Source: the human T2T-CHM13v2.0 reference genome, Homo sapiens | Strand: one strand, 5' to 3' | Length of the DNA: 64,000 bases | NCBI RefSeq assembly: GCF_009914755.1 | Contig: NC_060930.1 | Shown here: in pieces, positions 29,839-45,120 of the stretch | Layout of the letters: every line of letters starts with the position of its first letter | Position numbering within the stretch: the stretch's first letter is position 1 | Notes under the pieces: model-generated | What the model was told of the DNA's origin: nothing | The model's input: the letters and a program-made list of their open reading frames with translations, nothing else | Databases searched by the model: none | Translations under genes and position numbers: made by a program

Positions 29839-30049
29839 GTCAGTATCACTGAAATGTATGTTCTTTGATAAAGGGATCTGGTCTGTTTCCTTACCATTGT
29901 TTCTCACCATCATAATCAGTAAATAGCTCTCAGTAAGTATTTGTTAAATGAATAAATATGTCAGTACAATCACAGTATGACAGTATAATAAGGCTTTAAA
30001 ATGTTTAAAGCAGTCTCTGGTTTAATATTTATCACTTGAGTAGTCTATG

Positions 30050-30351
30050 AATTTATTTATTTTTGGAGACAAATTCTCACTCTGTAGCCCGGTCTGGAGG
30101 GCAGTGGCATGATCACAGCTCACTTCAGCCTCAACCTTCCAGGCTCGAACAATCTTCCCACCTCAAACACTGGGGTACCTAGGACTACAGGCTCATGCCA
30201 CCATGCCCAGCTAATTTTTTTTTGTATTTTTTGTAGAGACAGGATTTTGCCATGTTGCCCAGGCTGGTCTTGAACTTCTGGGCTCAGACAATCCACCCTC
30301 CTTGGCCTTCCAATGTGTTGAGATTACAGGCTTGAGGCACCGCACCTGGCC
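30050..30351 (-). mobile_element. Alu (AluJ)
   Basis: Antisense Alu body ending caccgcacctggcc. Confidence 0.85.
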
Positions 30352-30492
30352 TGAGTAGTCTATGAATTTTTAAAATCCCAACCACAGGAGAATCTTTATG
30401 TACAAACATGCTTGTCAAAATATTACCTACAAAAAGATAAGATGAAAGCAGATGGATCTAAAAGAACTCAGTTACATCACCTCCTTATATGA

Positions 30493-30840
<348 letters not shown>

Positions 30841-30987
30841 TAAACTTTATACAGAGTTTACAACATGGAAAACTACTTGTATAATAATACATTCAAAAAG
30901 CAACATTCAAGATAACCCATGACATATGAATGCAACCTTGTACAATAAAGATACCTATAAAAATATATACATAGAGAACAACAAAAT

Positions 30988-31300
30988 GGGCCAGGCGCCT
31001 TGGCTCATTCCTGTAATCCCAGCACTTTGAGAAGCTGAGGCAGGTGGATCACTTGAGGTCGGGAGTTCGAGACCAGACTGGCCAATATGGCAAAACCCTG
31101 TCTCTACTAAAAATACAAAAAATTTGCTGGGCCTGGTGGCGCATGCGTGTAATCTCAGCTACTCAGGAGGCTGAGGCATGGAAATCACTTGAACCCGAGA
31201 GGCGGAGGTTGCAGTGAGCTGAGGTCGCACCACTGCACTCCAGCCTCAGTGACAAAGTGAAATTGTGTTTCAGAAACAAAAACGAAAACAAAAACAAACC
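30988..31300 (+). mobile_element. Alu (AluS)
   Basis: ggccaggcgccttggctcattcctgtaatcccagc...cactccagcc plus A-rich tail. Confidence 0.9.
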
Positions 31301-31561
31301 ACCACCAACAAAATGGAAATCAGCACCACGCAAAGGACAGCTCCAGGGACCAACAGTCACACTGAGTCCAGGAAGGTTCAACAATACAATAGCAGTGATA
31401 TTTTTGAGGGGAGACCTAGGTGGTATTTCTTCTGTGTATTTTATTTTTTTTAATTCAAGTAGGCATTGATCTGTGTATTTTAAAGTCTTCTGTGATCAAA
31501 TAGATTTTCACATTTCTAATATTCAAAATAAAGCATTTGAAGTAAAATAACAATGAAAAGT

Positions 31562-31716
31562 GGCTGAGTGCACACCTGTAGTCCCAGCTACTCAGGAGGC
31601 TGAGATGGGAGAATCACTTGAGCCCAGGATTTTGAGGCTGTCGTGTGCTATTATCACACCTGTGAATAGTCACTTCTCTCCAGCTTGGACAACATAGCAA
31701 GACCCCATCTAAAATA
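31562..31716 (+). mobile_element. Alu monomer (FRAM/FLAM-like)
   Basis: cacctgtagtcccagctactcaggaggctgag...gaccccatctaaaa. Confidence 0.7.
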
Positions 31717-32699
31717 ATAGTAATACAAAGAAGTTCAGATCTCCTTCCAACCTCAGCCTAAAGCAAATTTCTCATTTGAAATCCATAGGGCAGAAATGCC
31801 GATTATGGCACCTCCAGAGAGTAGAAAAATATTCTTCCTCCACTCCATGACTCATCCTTTGGTTACAGCGTTTAGCTGAGCAATGAAGTCAATGCTAAGA
31901 ATACCATCAATTTATAAAATACTGATTATCTCATTTATAGACATAAAAATACTATAATTATATATATATTTATGTAAAATTACCATCACACCTAAGACAG
32001 CGAGATGGATTTTTCCCTTCCACAGATGAAAATATGAGTCCCTGAGAACATAAAATCTTCATTTGAGCTCACTGAAAATGTTGGCCTTGAGAATTAGGAG
32101 ACACTCAGTCTCCTGCAGGCCCCCTGGGCATGAGCCACACCAGTGGAGGCCACACAACAGCAGGAAGAGCAACTGAGAACCCTGGAAGGTTCACACTTGT
32201 AGAGGGTGCACATCCAGTGAAATGCAGTTGATGGATGGGCCAAGGTAATAATCCAGCTCCTTCCTTCAGCTGGGGGAGGCAGATGGGTGAGTCAGCTACG
32301 CATGAGGTGTATGGTGTTCCTAGAGCTATTGTTAGTTCCTCTGCTGTGAACTCCACCCCGGGCATAAAAAAATTATATACTCACTGGTAAGCAGGATCCT
32401 TTTTAGGAAAGCAAATGACTTTCCTAACATAAGGTCAAACATTTCCCTCCAAATGAATCATCCTAGTTGGATAATCTCTTCACTCCCACTGAAATTGCCC
32501 CAGAGTTGCACCTGAGCATTTGGATCCAAGACAGAAAGTCATTTTGGGGGTTGGGTCTGGCTGATCTGGGAGTGTTGTGAAGAAAGGCTTTCTACTTACA
32601 GAAGAACAAGGGTGAGCTCTGAGTAGGAGATGACATCCTGAGGGGGAAAGACAGATGGGCAGATGCTCAAGCAAACTCAGGAGTTTACCATATAAAAGA

Positions 32700-33262
32700 T
32701 TTTGGAATCTATTCTTCAGCCTCTTTTTTACTGTGATACAATATACATGAACACAAAATTTACCACTGTACCCATTGTACAATAGGTGTACAATGCAGTG
32801 ACAATTAGTAGGTTCGCAATGTTATGTAGCCATCATCACTCTCTAGTTCCAGAGTATTTCATCACCTCAGGGGAAACTCTGCACCATTAAGCAGTCACCC
32901 TCCATTTCCTCCTGCCACCAGACCCTGTCACCACAAGTCTGCTTTCTTTCTCTATAGATTGGTCTCTTCTGAAGATTTCACAAAAATGGGTTCATGAAAT
33001 ATGTATCCTTTTGTAGCTGATTTCCTTCACTTATCATGTTTTTGAGATTCAGCAATGTTGTAGCATGTATCAGTATTTCATTCCTTTTATGGCTAAATCA
33101 TATTCCATTGTAGAAATACACTACATGTTGTTTATTCATTCATTAGTCAATGGGCATTTTCTTTTAAACCAAATAGGAAAAACAAAGGAAGAATTAAACA
33201 CCAAAAATATACATGTTACTACTAGCTTTTATAGGACTACTATATATAGTACTATATATATA

Positions 33263-33294
<32 letters not shown>

Positions 33295-34150
33295 AACACC
33301 AAAAATATACATATTACTACTAGCTTTTATAGTATGACTACTATATATAGTACTATATATATAATTTCATAGTAGTACTATATATAGTTATATATATGTA
33401 GTACTATGTATAGTCATATATATGTATATATATGTATATATATGTATATATATGTGTGTATATATATATATTTATATATATATAAAATCCATTATTTCTG
33501 AAGGAGAGTTTTTCCAGACACACAATTCCTGCATGACAGTCTTTTTTTTTCTGACCTCTAAATTTGTCAACATTCCAATGCCTTCTGAACTCTATGGTTT
33601 CTGAAGAAAACTGGGCTGCAATCTTATTGAGGATCCATTGAACCTGAAAAGTTCCTTCTCTGTTATTCATTTCAATATGCTCTGTTTGTCATTGGCTTTT
33701 GACAGGTTGATTATAATGTTCTCTTGGTGTGGACCTCTTTAAATTTAATTTTTTTTGCTGCTTAAAATTTGTCAAGTTTGTTGGATGAATAATGTTTTTC
33801 ATCAAATTTGGAAGGTTTGGAGTTATTCTTTAAATAGTCATTCTTCTCCTTTCTCTCTCTCCTTTCTTTGAGGACTCCCAAAGTGCATGTGCTTGATGTT
33901 GTCTCACAGATCTTTAAAGTTCTGTTTATTTTTCTTCATAATTTTTTTTCTTTCTGCTACTGAACTAGAGAATTTCAATTGTCTTATCTTCAAGCTTGCT
34001 GATTCTCCATTCTGCATGGTGAAATTTGCTCTGGAGCCCCTCTAGTGAATTTTTCATTTCAGTTATTGCACTTTTCAGCTCCAAACTTTTTATCTGGTCT
34101 CTTTGTAAAATTTCTACCTTTTTATTGATGTTCTCTATTTGGGGAAACCT
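32700..34150 (-). mobile_element. Old L1 fragments flanking a (TA)/(CA)-rich block (33195-33485)
   Basis: Antisense L1 3'-end phrases; ORF1-like KSLELKSAITEMKNSLEGLQSKF...RISKLED in ORF 33965-34282. Confidence 0.7.
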
Positions 34151-37079
34151 GCAACCACCATCTTCTGAAGCTCTGCCCATGTCAAGAGGTCTGTGCATAC
34201 CTCTCTCTTCCATCCCCCAGTTTTCCAACTTTATTTTGCTCAAGTTCCTGACTGACCAAGCAACCCATGAGCCACTGCCCATGACTCATTCATTCATGCA
34301 CTACTGGGGCATCATTTCACACCCTCCACCTTGCATGGGCCTTTTTGGGTTTTGATTCCTAGTTCCTGGCTCAACAGCCATTTCCAAAGCTGTTCTTGTG
34401 TTAGCTCCCAAGCCTACTGCTCTTGTTGTAGATTCTCCTCTTAATGTCTGAGTCACAGCATTTATTTCATAGATTTTTAATAATTGGACTAATTTTTTCC
34501 AATGCAGCATTTCTAAGGACTTTCAGTAATGGAGATTCTATATTAGCTTAGAGAGAATTGTTTCAAAACATCAGAAATGTATACTTGAATGAAGGACAAC
34601 ATGCATGGAGAAAGGTGGACAAACCATAAGTAGGCCGTGGATTTTCACAAAGTGAACACTCAGGTAAATAGCAGCCACATCAAGGAATAGCATTGCCAGC
34701 CTCCAGGAAACACCACTGGGTTCTACTTGGTCATAAATCACCCTCCCCAACCCTAGAGCAGACACTTTCTTGATTTCTAATATGATAGATTAGTTCTGTC
34801 AGTTCTGGACACAGTCACTGCCATGTCCCAGGTCTTGCTGTGTGTGGTCACTATTCACTCCCGTGGCAGTCAGGTGCTCAGCTTTATAAATAGCTCACAC
34901 TTCTTGTCTCTCCACTGTTGATAGACATTTGTGTTGTATTCAGAGTCTAGAAATCGTGCTGCTATAAATAATATTTTCATATATTTTGGGACACAAATGC
35001 ATGCATTTCTATTGGTATATAACAAAAAGTGGAATTGCTGGGTCATAGGTGATTAGAAACTTGGTTTAGTCTCTCAAAAAACAAGTTTCTACTGAATAGA
35101 TAACTGGTGGAAGAGGGTAAATCTTTTATTTTAGAAATTATGCAGCTAGTATATGAAAAGAAATGAAAGACTGAGACTTTTGCAATTTGTAATGAATTAA
35201 CAGATTTAGCCACTGAACAGCAATGGCAATTAACATCACAAAAAAGAAATAACTAGTATTGAATTCTTCCTCTTGATGAAAAACATGATATAGTACCATC
35301 AATCCTCATGGCAAAAAAAAAAAAAAAAAAAAAAACCCTGAATATACGCAAACCTCTATAACAAACTACCAATTTACAGAAAATACAGGTCATAGAGATA
35401 CATTAAACCACACCTTGGGGTGCAATCTGCAAAATGCAAAGGACAGGAAACTACCAGACAATATAAATTTCAAGCAGGAATCTATGGAATAAATGAGGAT
35501 AAAAATATACTCTTAAAGGTAAAACTAAACTATAACTTTAGATGATAAAAATATAAAATTGTACAAAGAAGTGATGGCCATGTAAGCCAGGATGTGCTTT
35601 TATTTGAAGAAGAGAAGAGTTTATCATTGAGCTGGGGCAGTTGATGGGGCTTCTAGGTCAGCTGCCAAACTTCTCCCTCTCTCTGATGGTTAAAGGGTGT
35701 TTACTTTTGATTAAAGGGCACCATTTTTAGATCTTTTATCTTTTATGGTACCCGTGGGGTTTTTTATGACAAAAACACTAATAAAGAATAAAATAGTATG
35801 TGACATATGGTTCTTGTTCTGCATCAAGCCTCCTTCCCACCCTCCGCTCCAGACACTGAGCACCCAGAACTACTGGCAACCCCAGGATACTTGGCAGGGC
35901 TACCTTACATCTGGGTGTGTGTCCAGCTCACATTGCCAGAGGCAATGTCCAGGGTCTATTCTTTGAGGCCTAGATAAACCTGACAGGACACAGCTGAGGG
36001 AAAAGCCTGGCCCCACTCTGGAGGCTCTGGCCATCGGTGTAGAGGGGACAGGTCCTCACCTCTCCACAGGTGCAGTTACAGTCAGAGCCTCTTCTCTGCA
36101 TGGGAGTGAGGCTTGGTCCTTCCCCCAAACACGGGGACAGGGATCTCTCCAGAAGTGGAGATGACACCATTCCTCCTCTAACATGGTCCAATCTCGTGCT
36201 TGTTCTGCTTTACAGGAAAGTTGACTCATACTGGTGTCCAGTGAAGAAACCCAGGCGCATAAGAGGGACAGTTGGATCTCAGGTTTGTGCTTGATCTGGA
36301 AAAGGAAGAGCAGAGACCACTAGGAGGCACCACTGCACTGCTCATGAGCCCAGGAGGTGGATGCCGGGGCTGAGCTCAGGGTGGAGAGATGTCATTGCTC
36401 ATCCTCCAGGTTCCAGGTGAAAACCCACCTGCCCAGCCCATCTGGTTCTCCCTGGTTCTTCAATTCTAGGGAGGACTGTCTTCTTCTCACCTCCCCGGAC
36501 GATGCTTCTTGACACAGGAAAGAGGATGTGCTGCTAGGGTCATCATGTCCTGGTTTATTGTGTTGTCAGTAGAATGAAATCAAAATACATACTTCATAAA
36601 TAATAAAATAACCCATAATAAGTAAACATTTACAATTTACTCACACCATTGAGGTTTCCTCCAGGTGTGAGCACAGCTGCAGACACACCTTGTCGCTTCA
36701 GTCAGGACACAGGACAGAGTAAAATGGGAAGAAACCACAGTCACTGCAGAAAGGGCCCCCATGGAAGAGGCCTGGCAGGGAGGCCAGCTGCCCCAGGGCC
36801 ACCATATTTAGAGATGACTTCCCCTTTCTAGGCAGGACTGGGATTTTAAAATTCTTTTTGTATTCATAGTTGTTCTGAAATTGCAGGATGATGAGACCCA
36901 GCACTGGTGAGTTATACTGTCTCTTTCTTCCCTATTAAATTCTGTGCCAAACAGCACCTTCATATATTTATCTCCTCTTCCTGGAGAGAATAAAAACAAT
37001 GGAAAAATTGAACCATACAAACATACTTTAAATATGTGCTGTCAGAAGTAGCTACTAAAGGATTAATTCCACCAAAGTG

Positions 37080-37525
37080 AGGGAAGGTTTGAAAAGAAAA
37101 ACATTGTATTCCCATATTCAAAGCAGCATTATTCACGATAGCCAAGACAACACACACCAACACATGAATGAAGAAAATGTGGTATATATCGACAACGGAA
37201 TATCACTCAGCCTTAAAAAGGAAACCTGGTCACAGGCTGCAACAGGGATGAACCTGAAGGACACTGCTAAGTAAAATAAGCCAATCACAAAGAAAACCCA
37301 ATACTGCACATTTCCATTTATATGAGGTGTCTAAACTGAAAGTAGACTAATGGCTGCTAGGGGCTCGGTGAGGGGGATGGATGAATGTTTGTTCAATGGG
37401 CATAGAGTTTCAGTGTTGCAAGATGAAAAGTTCTAGAGATCTGTTGCACAACTATGTATTTACAGTTAATACTGTACTACTGTATACTTTAAAATAGTTA
37501 AGATACCAAATTTTACATAATGTAG
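37080..37525 (+). mobile_element. L1 3' end fragment
   Basis: gcagcattattcacgatagccaag...gatgaacctgaaggac...gatgaaaagttctagagatctgttgcacaac. Confidence 0.75.
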
Positions 37526-40500
37526 TTTTTGGCCCAAGGAAAAGACTAATTAGCCCTGTTACTAATTTAGGGAAAAAGTACATTAATTCATTAAAAATAT
37601 ATTAGTATGCGCTTACCTTAGATACAGAAAACTATGAGACAAAAAGAGAGATCCCTGCTACCCCAGCTATCACCCATGAACCAGGAAAATCAGCACCTCC
37701 TGAAACTAGACAGAAAGGCTCACAGGCCCAGCCTTGACATGTTGAATCAGTCTGCATTTTGGCTGGAACCCAGGTGGCTCCACTGCATGTAAAGCACCTT
37801 CCCAGATAGTGATGGAGGGAGATCCTAGGACAGTGACTCTGCTCCACGGGGAGAAGCCTCCAGTCCAGATGGGAGCAGCCAGAAGGGCCCAGGAGGGACA
37901 TTTCCAAGAAGATAAAATTAACAGAATGTCCAAAGTGTCCAACGTCTTGAAAGAATCATACAAACAAAAGAGATATCGAACTTAAATTAATGAGAGTTAA
38001 TAAAATAAACAAAAACAAATGCAAGTATTAACTCCAAGAAGAACCAATGTTGTACAGGCAGTGAAAAGTAGTCCAGTTGACATATGAGAGGATTAGTCAT
38101 GGTAAAAGAAACAAGAGATGGCTGAACTAAACATAATCACTATATAAATATACTGGGAAGAGTGAAAGAGAACAAGTACTCTTAACTGTTGCATCCACCA
38201 TTGCGCTGTGCAACAATGGGTGCATCTGAAAAAAATCAAGCAATAATAATAAAGAAATGGTAGAGATACAGAAGTAAAGTCAAAAGAATCAGCTAAAAAA
38301 CTTGAAAGTGGTTGGCCCCTAGAAAGGCAGAAATTGAGAAGAGGCAGAGAGGACTCTCATTTTTCTCAAGAGATTCTGCACAAATATTTGACTCTTTCAA
38401 TTGTGCACAATTATAAATTTGATTAAAATAAAAACAAAAGCTTCAGTGAATATGCAAGTTTATGTCTAATGACAACCGCATTCAACAATGATATTTAAGG
38501 GTTAACTAAAATGTGAAAATACTTAAACATGAAACAGGCATGTATAAATGTGTTTTTGACACCAAACGTGAACACAAATGTGAAATAATACACCTGTAAA
38601 CACATCTCTGGATAGATAGCCCACGATTGAATTCTCTACCCCACCTCCTTTACTGGTTGACCTGTGAACACAGGCAGGCAGTGGACCAGGACCCAACTAG
38701 GTTCCTTCATCCTCTTGCTTCTAGGCAGGCCTTGCATCCACTTTTGCTGCACAGAGGGCTCCCATCCCTGCCTTGGTCCGTTTCACAGGTGATCCCCTAA
38801 CTCTCCCTGCCACCACTGCCTTACCTGAGTGGAGCTGAGGCTACCCTGACCAAGAAGAGCACCACCCATCTGTGCCCCAAGGCCAGAAAGTTAAAAGGAA
38901 CCTCACAACAGGGTCAGGAACTATCCCACCTCCCCACCTACCAATCAGTCTGAACTGATAATGGGAGATGCTGATACTTGCTTTACTCATCCTCATTCCC
39001 AGTTCATTTATTCTTCATTAATTCAGTCCAATCTCCCCAGTGGTCACTTAACCCCAGAAGCAGACTGATCTCTATTCTTCTTAATCAGGAAAGTCCAAAG
39101 CACTCCCTGTCCTCTCCCTCATATCAGACTTCAGCTCTGCATCTGCAAGATGCAGAGGTCCTCTGCAAGGCAGGTGTCTTCCCACAGGGTCAGCCCCTAA
39201 ACACTGGCTGCAGATGTCCCCTCCATCCCTTCCCAGCCCTTTCTGTGTTGCTGTGAATCTGTCCATCACCGAGAACTGGTGGGGAGATGTGGGGGAGGTG
39301 GGGAGATTTCTTTGTGCTGTGTCAAGGCATCAAGACAGACCTCTCCTTCTCTCTTGAACCTCATACTCTATCCCTTCCCAGACACTTGAAATAAAACACA
39401 GACCAGAAATGTCTACTTAAAGGGTAAATTTCTATAGTATAAAATTATGAAGACATAGTAGATATGAGGTAATGCATGAGAGTGTGACAGGGTGAGGGGA
39501 CCTCAAGGTGCCAGGAAAGCTGGTCCTGGGCTCCCCAGAAGGAGCCGTAACCAGGACACTCACTCATAAATCTCATTTATAATAATAATACAATGACCGC
39601 ATATGTAATATATTAAAATATAATCAAATGATAACAAAAATAATGTGGCACAGCTGCAAACCCCTCATATATACTAACGCTTTTCATCCACCCAACCACA
39701 AGAAATAAATGCTGTTAGCTTCCCCATTTCATAGATGAGGAAACTGAGGCACCAAGTGGGAAAGTGCTGGTGAGACCTGGGCAGGGAGTTGAATTCTGGC
39801 CATCTGGCTGCAGAGTGTAGCTGCCCTCAGTGGAGCCAGTAGACCCAGGAGTTGACACCAGAGACTGAAATCCCAGCTGTGCACTGCCCTGGTGGTCTCC
39901 TGTCCCAACCGGGCGTTGATCCGGGCCTTGCAGGCTCACGTGCTCTGGAGAAAATAGAGAAACCAATAAATGCTCCCCTGGGTGCAGAGTGCTGCTTTTT
40001 ACTCCCTGAGGATTTCTCCCTCCTCAGTCACTCCAAAATCAGATTCACCCTTTCTCTGAGGGAAGATGATGCTCCCACATTTTTCTCCCTCCTATGGCAC
40101 TTTTCTCAGCCCCTGCCAGTCCCTTCCCATGACTTCATGAAGATCAGCACTTGCCCTGTGCCCACTATGCACTCTGTAGGGACTGAAAGGGCCGCAGGAC
40201 TAAATGACAAGACTCCAGAAGAAACTCAGTGCCCTCCCCTCCTCTCAAGCCTGGCCAGCTTGGACACAGTGGGAGGCCTCCCCAGAGAGAGGCCCTGGCT
40301 CCACGTACTTCCAGGCCTGGGCTGGGTCACACACAAGGCCTTTCTCTCCCTCTTTCCCCAGGCCCTCCTTTCCTGCAGAAGCACCTGCACACCAGGGCAG
40401 GCCCTGCCCACTGTGGGTTCCGCCCTCCACCTACAGCTCAGTGTTCCTCCCCTTCCAGTCCTGAGCAGGCAGCTCCTACCTGGAGAGCCCACCAGGAAGC

Positions 40501-43500
40501 CCAGCAGGCCTGTCAGGCCCAGGATGGAAACACGTGGCTGCCATGGGGTCTGCACCTGACCTGACCCTGGAGACCCCCTTGCTCAAGAAGGCTCTGCTTC
40601 CCTTGACACCCAGGTCCATGACCTGCACTTGGGATGCCCTGCTCCTGCCTGGTCCACTCATCCCTGGAAATCCAGCTCCACCCCAGGGCTGTTGCTTGGT
40701 GAGGCTGCAAGGCCTTCCTGTCTGGTTCCTAGCAGGGATTCCACCCAGGCCACTGCCCTCACACCCACAGAGGATCTTCTTCTTCTCCCTATGGAATAAG
40801 GGATTTCTTGAGACCCCTCAGCCTGAGGCTGCCTCCGCCCACTCTGCACCTGGGGATTGCCACAGCCACAGCCACCATCTCCCACATGGACCCTTCTAGA
40901 GAGAGAGTTTCAAATTTGAATTCCTGTTCCATTCAATATGCTTTACAGCATCGGTATTGGAGGAAATCCTATTAAGAATATCCAGCTGAAATTATGAACA
41001 TCTTTATTGGACATCAACATTGAAAGCAGGAATTTTGAGAAATTAGCATGTGATTTTCACAACCTTTTTCTGGCCAATGCCCCAGTGACCTACAAGGAAA
41101 CCTTTACTGCCCACAGGGAACCAGAACTGACAATTCCTCTACAGGAGATGCTGCAGGTGAGAGCAGGAGCAACCAGACCTGCACTGCCCCTGCTGTGGGT
41201 GCCCCAAAAAACATGGTCCTGGGGACTGTGTTCCTGGGGGCTAGACAAGGTAACACTTGGACATATGATGAAAACAGGGACCACAGCTGCCCTGACAAGG
41301 AGCTGGTTCCTGCTTCCCAAATGGCCCAGGGATGTCTGCTTATATACTCCTCCATAACATCTGCACAGAAACTCAGGGAGGCAGGGCCATGTGGTGGGAA
41401 CCTCCAGTGATGCAGAGGACATGATACCCCCAAGACAGCTCCTGGAGGAGGCCCATGGGGAGCTGCAAAGTGGACAGAGATGGCCGTGTGCACTCAGGAC
41501 CCTCCCTGTTACAAGGGGACCTCAAAGGGGCTGCACAGGCAGGCCTCCCAGTCTGGGCTTCGTGGGTCTTTTTCTTGGTGTCCTCCTGATGGCTGGAGAA
41601 ACAGGAGAGAGGGATGCAGAGAGGAAGAGACTAGGGGCACCGCCTTTCCTCGGATTCCTCTCCAGTTTCTAGCTCCTCCCCAGATCACAGCCGCCTTTAC
41701 TATTTACTCCCACTGAAGCCATGATCATCCAGGCCCTCAGCAATCAGCACGTGATTCTCAACTCACCCCACCTGGACGCACCGTGGTGAGCCCAAGAAAC
41801 AAGAGAGACCAGGATGGGGACAGAGCAGGTGCCACGGCCCTCCCTGCTGCCCACTCCTCACCTGCAGCAGGAGGAGGCCACCACTGGACATTTGAGGGCC
41901 GTGGCCCAGCCCTGGCTTGGGCAGGACTTAGGGGTGTAGATGGAGATGTGGCTCCCATTCCCCTCCCAAATACCCCAATGTCCATCCCCTGTTCCAGGAC
42001 CTTGTTACCTACATGTCTATCTGTGCAGGAGCTATGAGGGGACCCTGCTGCCCAGAGAGGAGTCCTTCCATCTCCAGCCACTGCCCCGTTTTCTCACCTG
42101 GACTCTGCAGCTGATGTTGTCTTCTTCTTGCACCAAAGGACACAGAGAATACTACTACTACTACTAATACTAATAATAATGACAGTAGCAATAGCAGCAT
42201 ACAGAATGGCTGCCATTGACTCTGAAGCACCAGGGCCTTCTCTAAAAAAAGGGCCTTGTGACACACTGAGCACGCAAAGCCACAGCCGTCCCTGCTATCC
42301 CCACCCTGGCCTGACCTCCCTAGGTCGAAACCCTTGAGAGTTGCCCCAGGCTCACCAGAGGGCACAGGGTGAGTGCTGTGATTCCCTCTGTGTCCCATGT
42401 AGCAGGTGAACCTCTGCTCCTCTCCTCGGGGAATCCTGGTGGCCATGCAGGTCTGGTAGGTCCCATTCCCATTGGGCAGGACACCCCTAGACTGCTGGGC
42501 ATCCTGGCTCAAAGATGCCTCATCCTGATGCCAGGTCAGAGAGATATTCCAGGGATAGAAGATGGAGGCCAGCACATCATGGTGACATTGCCTTCTAAGG
42601 CCCCACTGTGCATCTCATTCACTGTGGGGGTCATTGGAGACAAAAGGGCAGAGCCAGTGAGGCATGTGGCCAAGCCTTTCTCCCCTCTAAGGGAGATGCA
42701 GGGAACAGGACTGGTCCTCTCTATTGTTCTGACTCTCGCTGAAACCCACACTGACCCCAGACCTTCTGCAAATCGGTCCTTACCTGGGGTCCAATTCCCC
42801 TAGGCTTGCTGGAAGATGGGCCTCAGGACTGTGGCCTCACACTCTGGGACTCCGGCTTTGATGCTGAGGAGAGGGTTGTCAGGGGTGGGCTCCTGGGTCG
42901 TGGGGCTAGGAGGTAGCTCTCCAGGATGGGCAGGCTGGGAGGCAGATGAGGCAGCCCTGGCCTTGAGGCCTTCCTTTCCTGCCTAATGCCCACCCCAGGT
43001 TCAGGCTTCTATAGGAGGACCCACTACTTTCACAGTACCTGTTTTTCTGATACCTCCAGAATTTCAGATATCACCATAGCTTTTGCATGTAGTCTGCCTG
43101 CACAGGGCAATAGTGTGTCTTGGTCTGCATGGCATTTTCCTCCCAGAAATTTGTGACATTCATAGCCAAAGTCTGAGCTCTGGAGGACCGGGGCACTGTC
43201 CATTACTGAGTCTCCAGGTTGGGAGAGAGGAAGAGCTTCCCATATGTGTAGAAATGCCTAAAGCCCCTGGTGCTGCTGGCTTCCTGATCTCACAAACCCT
43301 AATCTCCTGGAGGGAATGCAAGGCTGCCTGCCCCTACCCAGCAGTGACTTCTCCATTCCAGTCCAAGTGAGGAACTCGGACCAGGAAGGACCCCTCCCTG
43401 GCCCTCTTCCATCCCTCCCTGTGTGGGCTGAGCCCCGCTGAGCACCATTCCTCACCCCTACTCACAGCCAAATCCAGTGGGAAGAGACAGGTCCTGCTCT

Positions 43501-44494
43501 CTGCCCCCAACTCTCCTGGAAAAGGCCTCTCCCATTACTCTTGCCCACTGCCCACTCTCACCTCCTTTCTGGCCCTTGATATGATCCAGGGTCCTCCTGA
43601 GCTCCTGCCCATTCTCTGTCAAGTCTTCAGTCTCTGTGTCCCAGGTCTCAGCTCCCAGGACTGCTTCTGCCCACTGTCCCCGGGGCCCTGCCCTGCCTTT
43701 CTGCCTGTCACAGAGCAGGAAGAGCTGACCATCCAGATGTCCCTCAGCGAGAAACCCTGACTGCACAGATCCATCCCGGGACAGCACCGTGAGGTTGTAA
43801 CAAAGACTGTGGGGCTCTGGGGAAGAGGAAATCACAGATGAAACTTCTTCCTGGAAGTAACTTCACATCAATGTTTAACACACAGGTCTGCCGTCCCGAC
43901 CTTCCTGAGGAGGCAGGAAATGCACACGGGCAAAGGGACAAGAATGAGGATTTCAGACGCAAGGAAAACTGGGAAGGTGGGAGGATAGAGGAGGGGACTG
44001 AGGAACAGAAGAAGGGGGAATGGGGATGGCAAACTTGTAGGCCAGGTGCCAGGGCAGGGCAGCCACAGGCCCCCTCAGGGTATAGGGAGGAGGCCAATGG
44101 AAGGGGCTGCCCTGCAGGTTCAAGGGAGGAGCATGAAGGCAGTGGTGGAAGGAAGGTCTTGCCAGAGGGGAGAGCAGAAACTGTAAGGGACCCAGGCTCA
44201 GAGGGACCCATGACCACCATGGCTGTGGTGCACAGGTGAGGGTGAGATGGAGGCAAGGTCCACTGCCTTTGAGGAAGGCTCAACATGGACAAGGTGGGGG
44301 CAAGGGAGACTTGGCTGTGAGGCAGGAGGGGCAGGTAGGCTGTGGTGCCAGAGACGTTTTCTACGAGGTCCATATCCCAGGGAGAAGCAATGGTGTGGGC
44401 TTCAGAGTGGCATGGCAATGCCCCAAGTAGGGAGGTGGATGGACCAGTTGGTGTCCCCTGGGGTGGGCTGGTGGCAAGGGTCTTAAAGAGTCAG

Positions 44495-45074
44495 TGCATC
44501 TTTTCAACAAATGGTGCTAGGAAAACCAGATGTTCACATGCCAAAAAAAAAAAAAAAATGAAGTTGGATCCCTAACTTACACCACATATGAAAATTAACT
44601 AAGAAAAACATCAAAGACCTAAACTCAAGAACTAAAACTGAAAAACTCTTACAATAAAACATAGGGAATTATCTTCATGCCATAGAATTTGATAGCACTT
44701 TCTTGGATATAACACCAAAGATACAAAAACAAAGAAAAAATTGATAAATTGGACTCATCAAAATAAAAAAGTTCATTAAAAACACAATAAACACAGTGAA
44801 AAAGCAACCCCCAGAATGAAAGAAAATATTTGCAAATCATATATATCTGATAAGAGATTAATATCCAGAATACATAAAGAACTCCTACAACTCAAACAGG
44901 AGACATTCAACTAATACAAAAGTAGGCAAAGGACTTGCATAGCCAATTCCCCAAACAAGATGTACAAATGGCCAACAGACACATGAAAAGATGCTCAGCA
45001 TCAGCAGTCATTAGGGAAATGCAAATCAAAACCACAATGAACTATTACTTTACACCAATTAGTTTGGCTATTAT

Positions 45075-45120
<46 letters not shown>

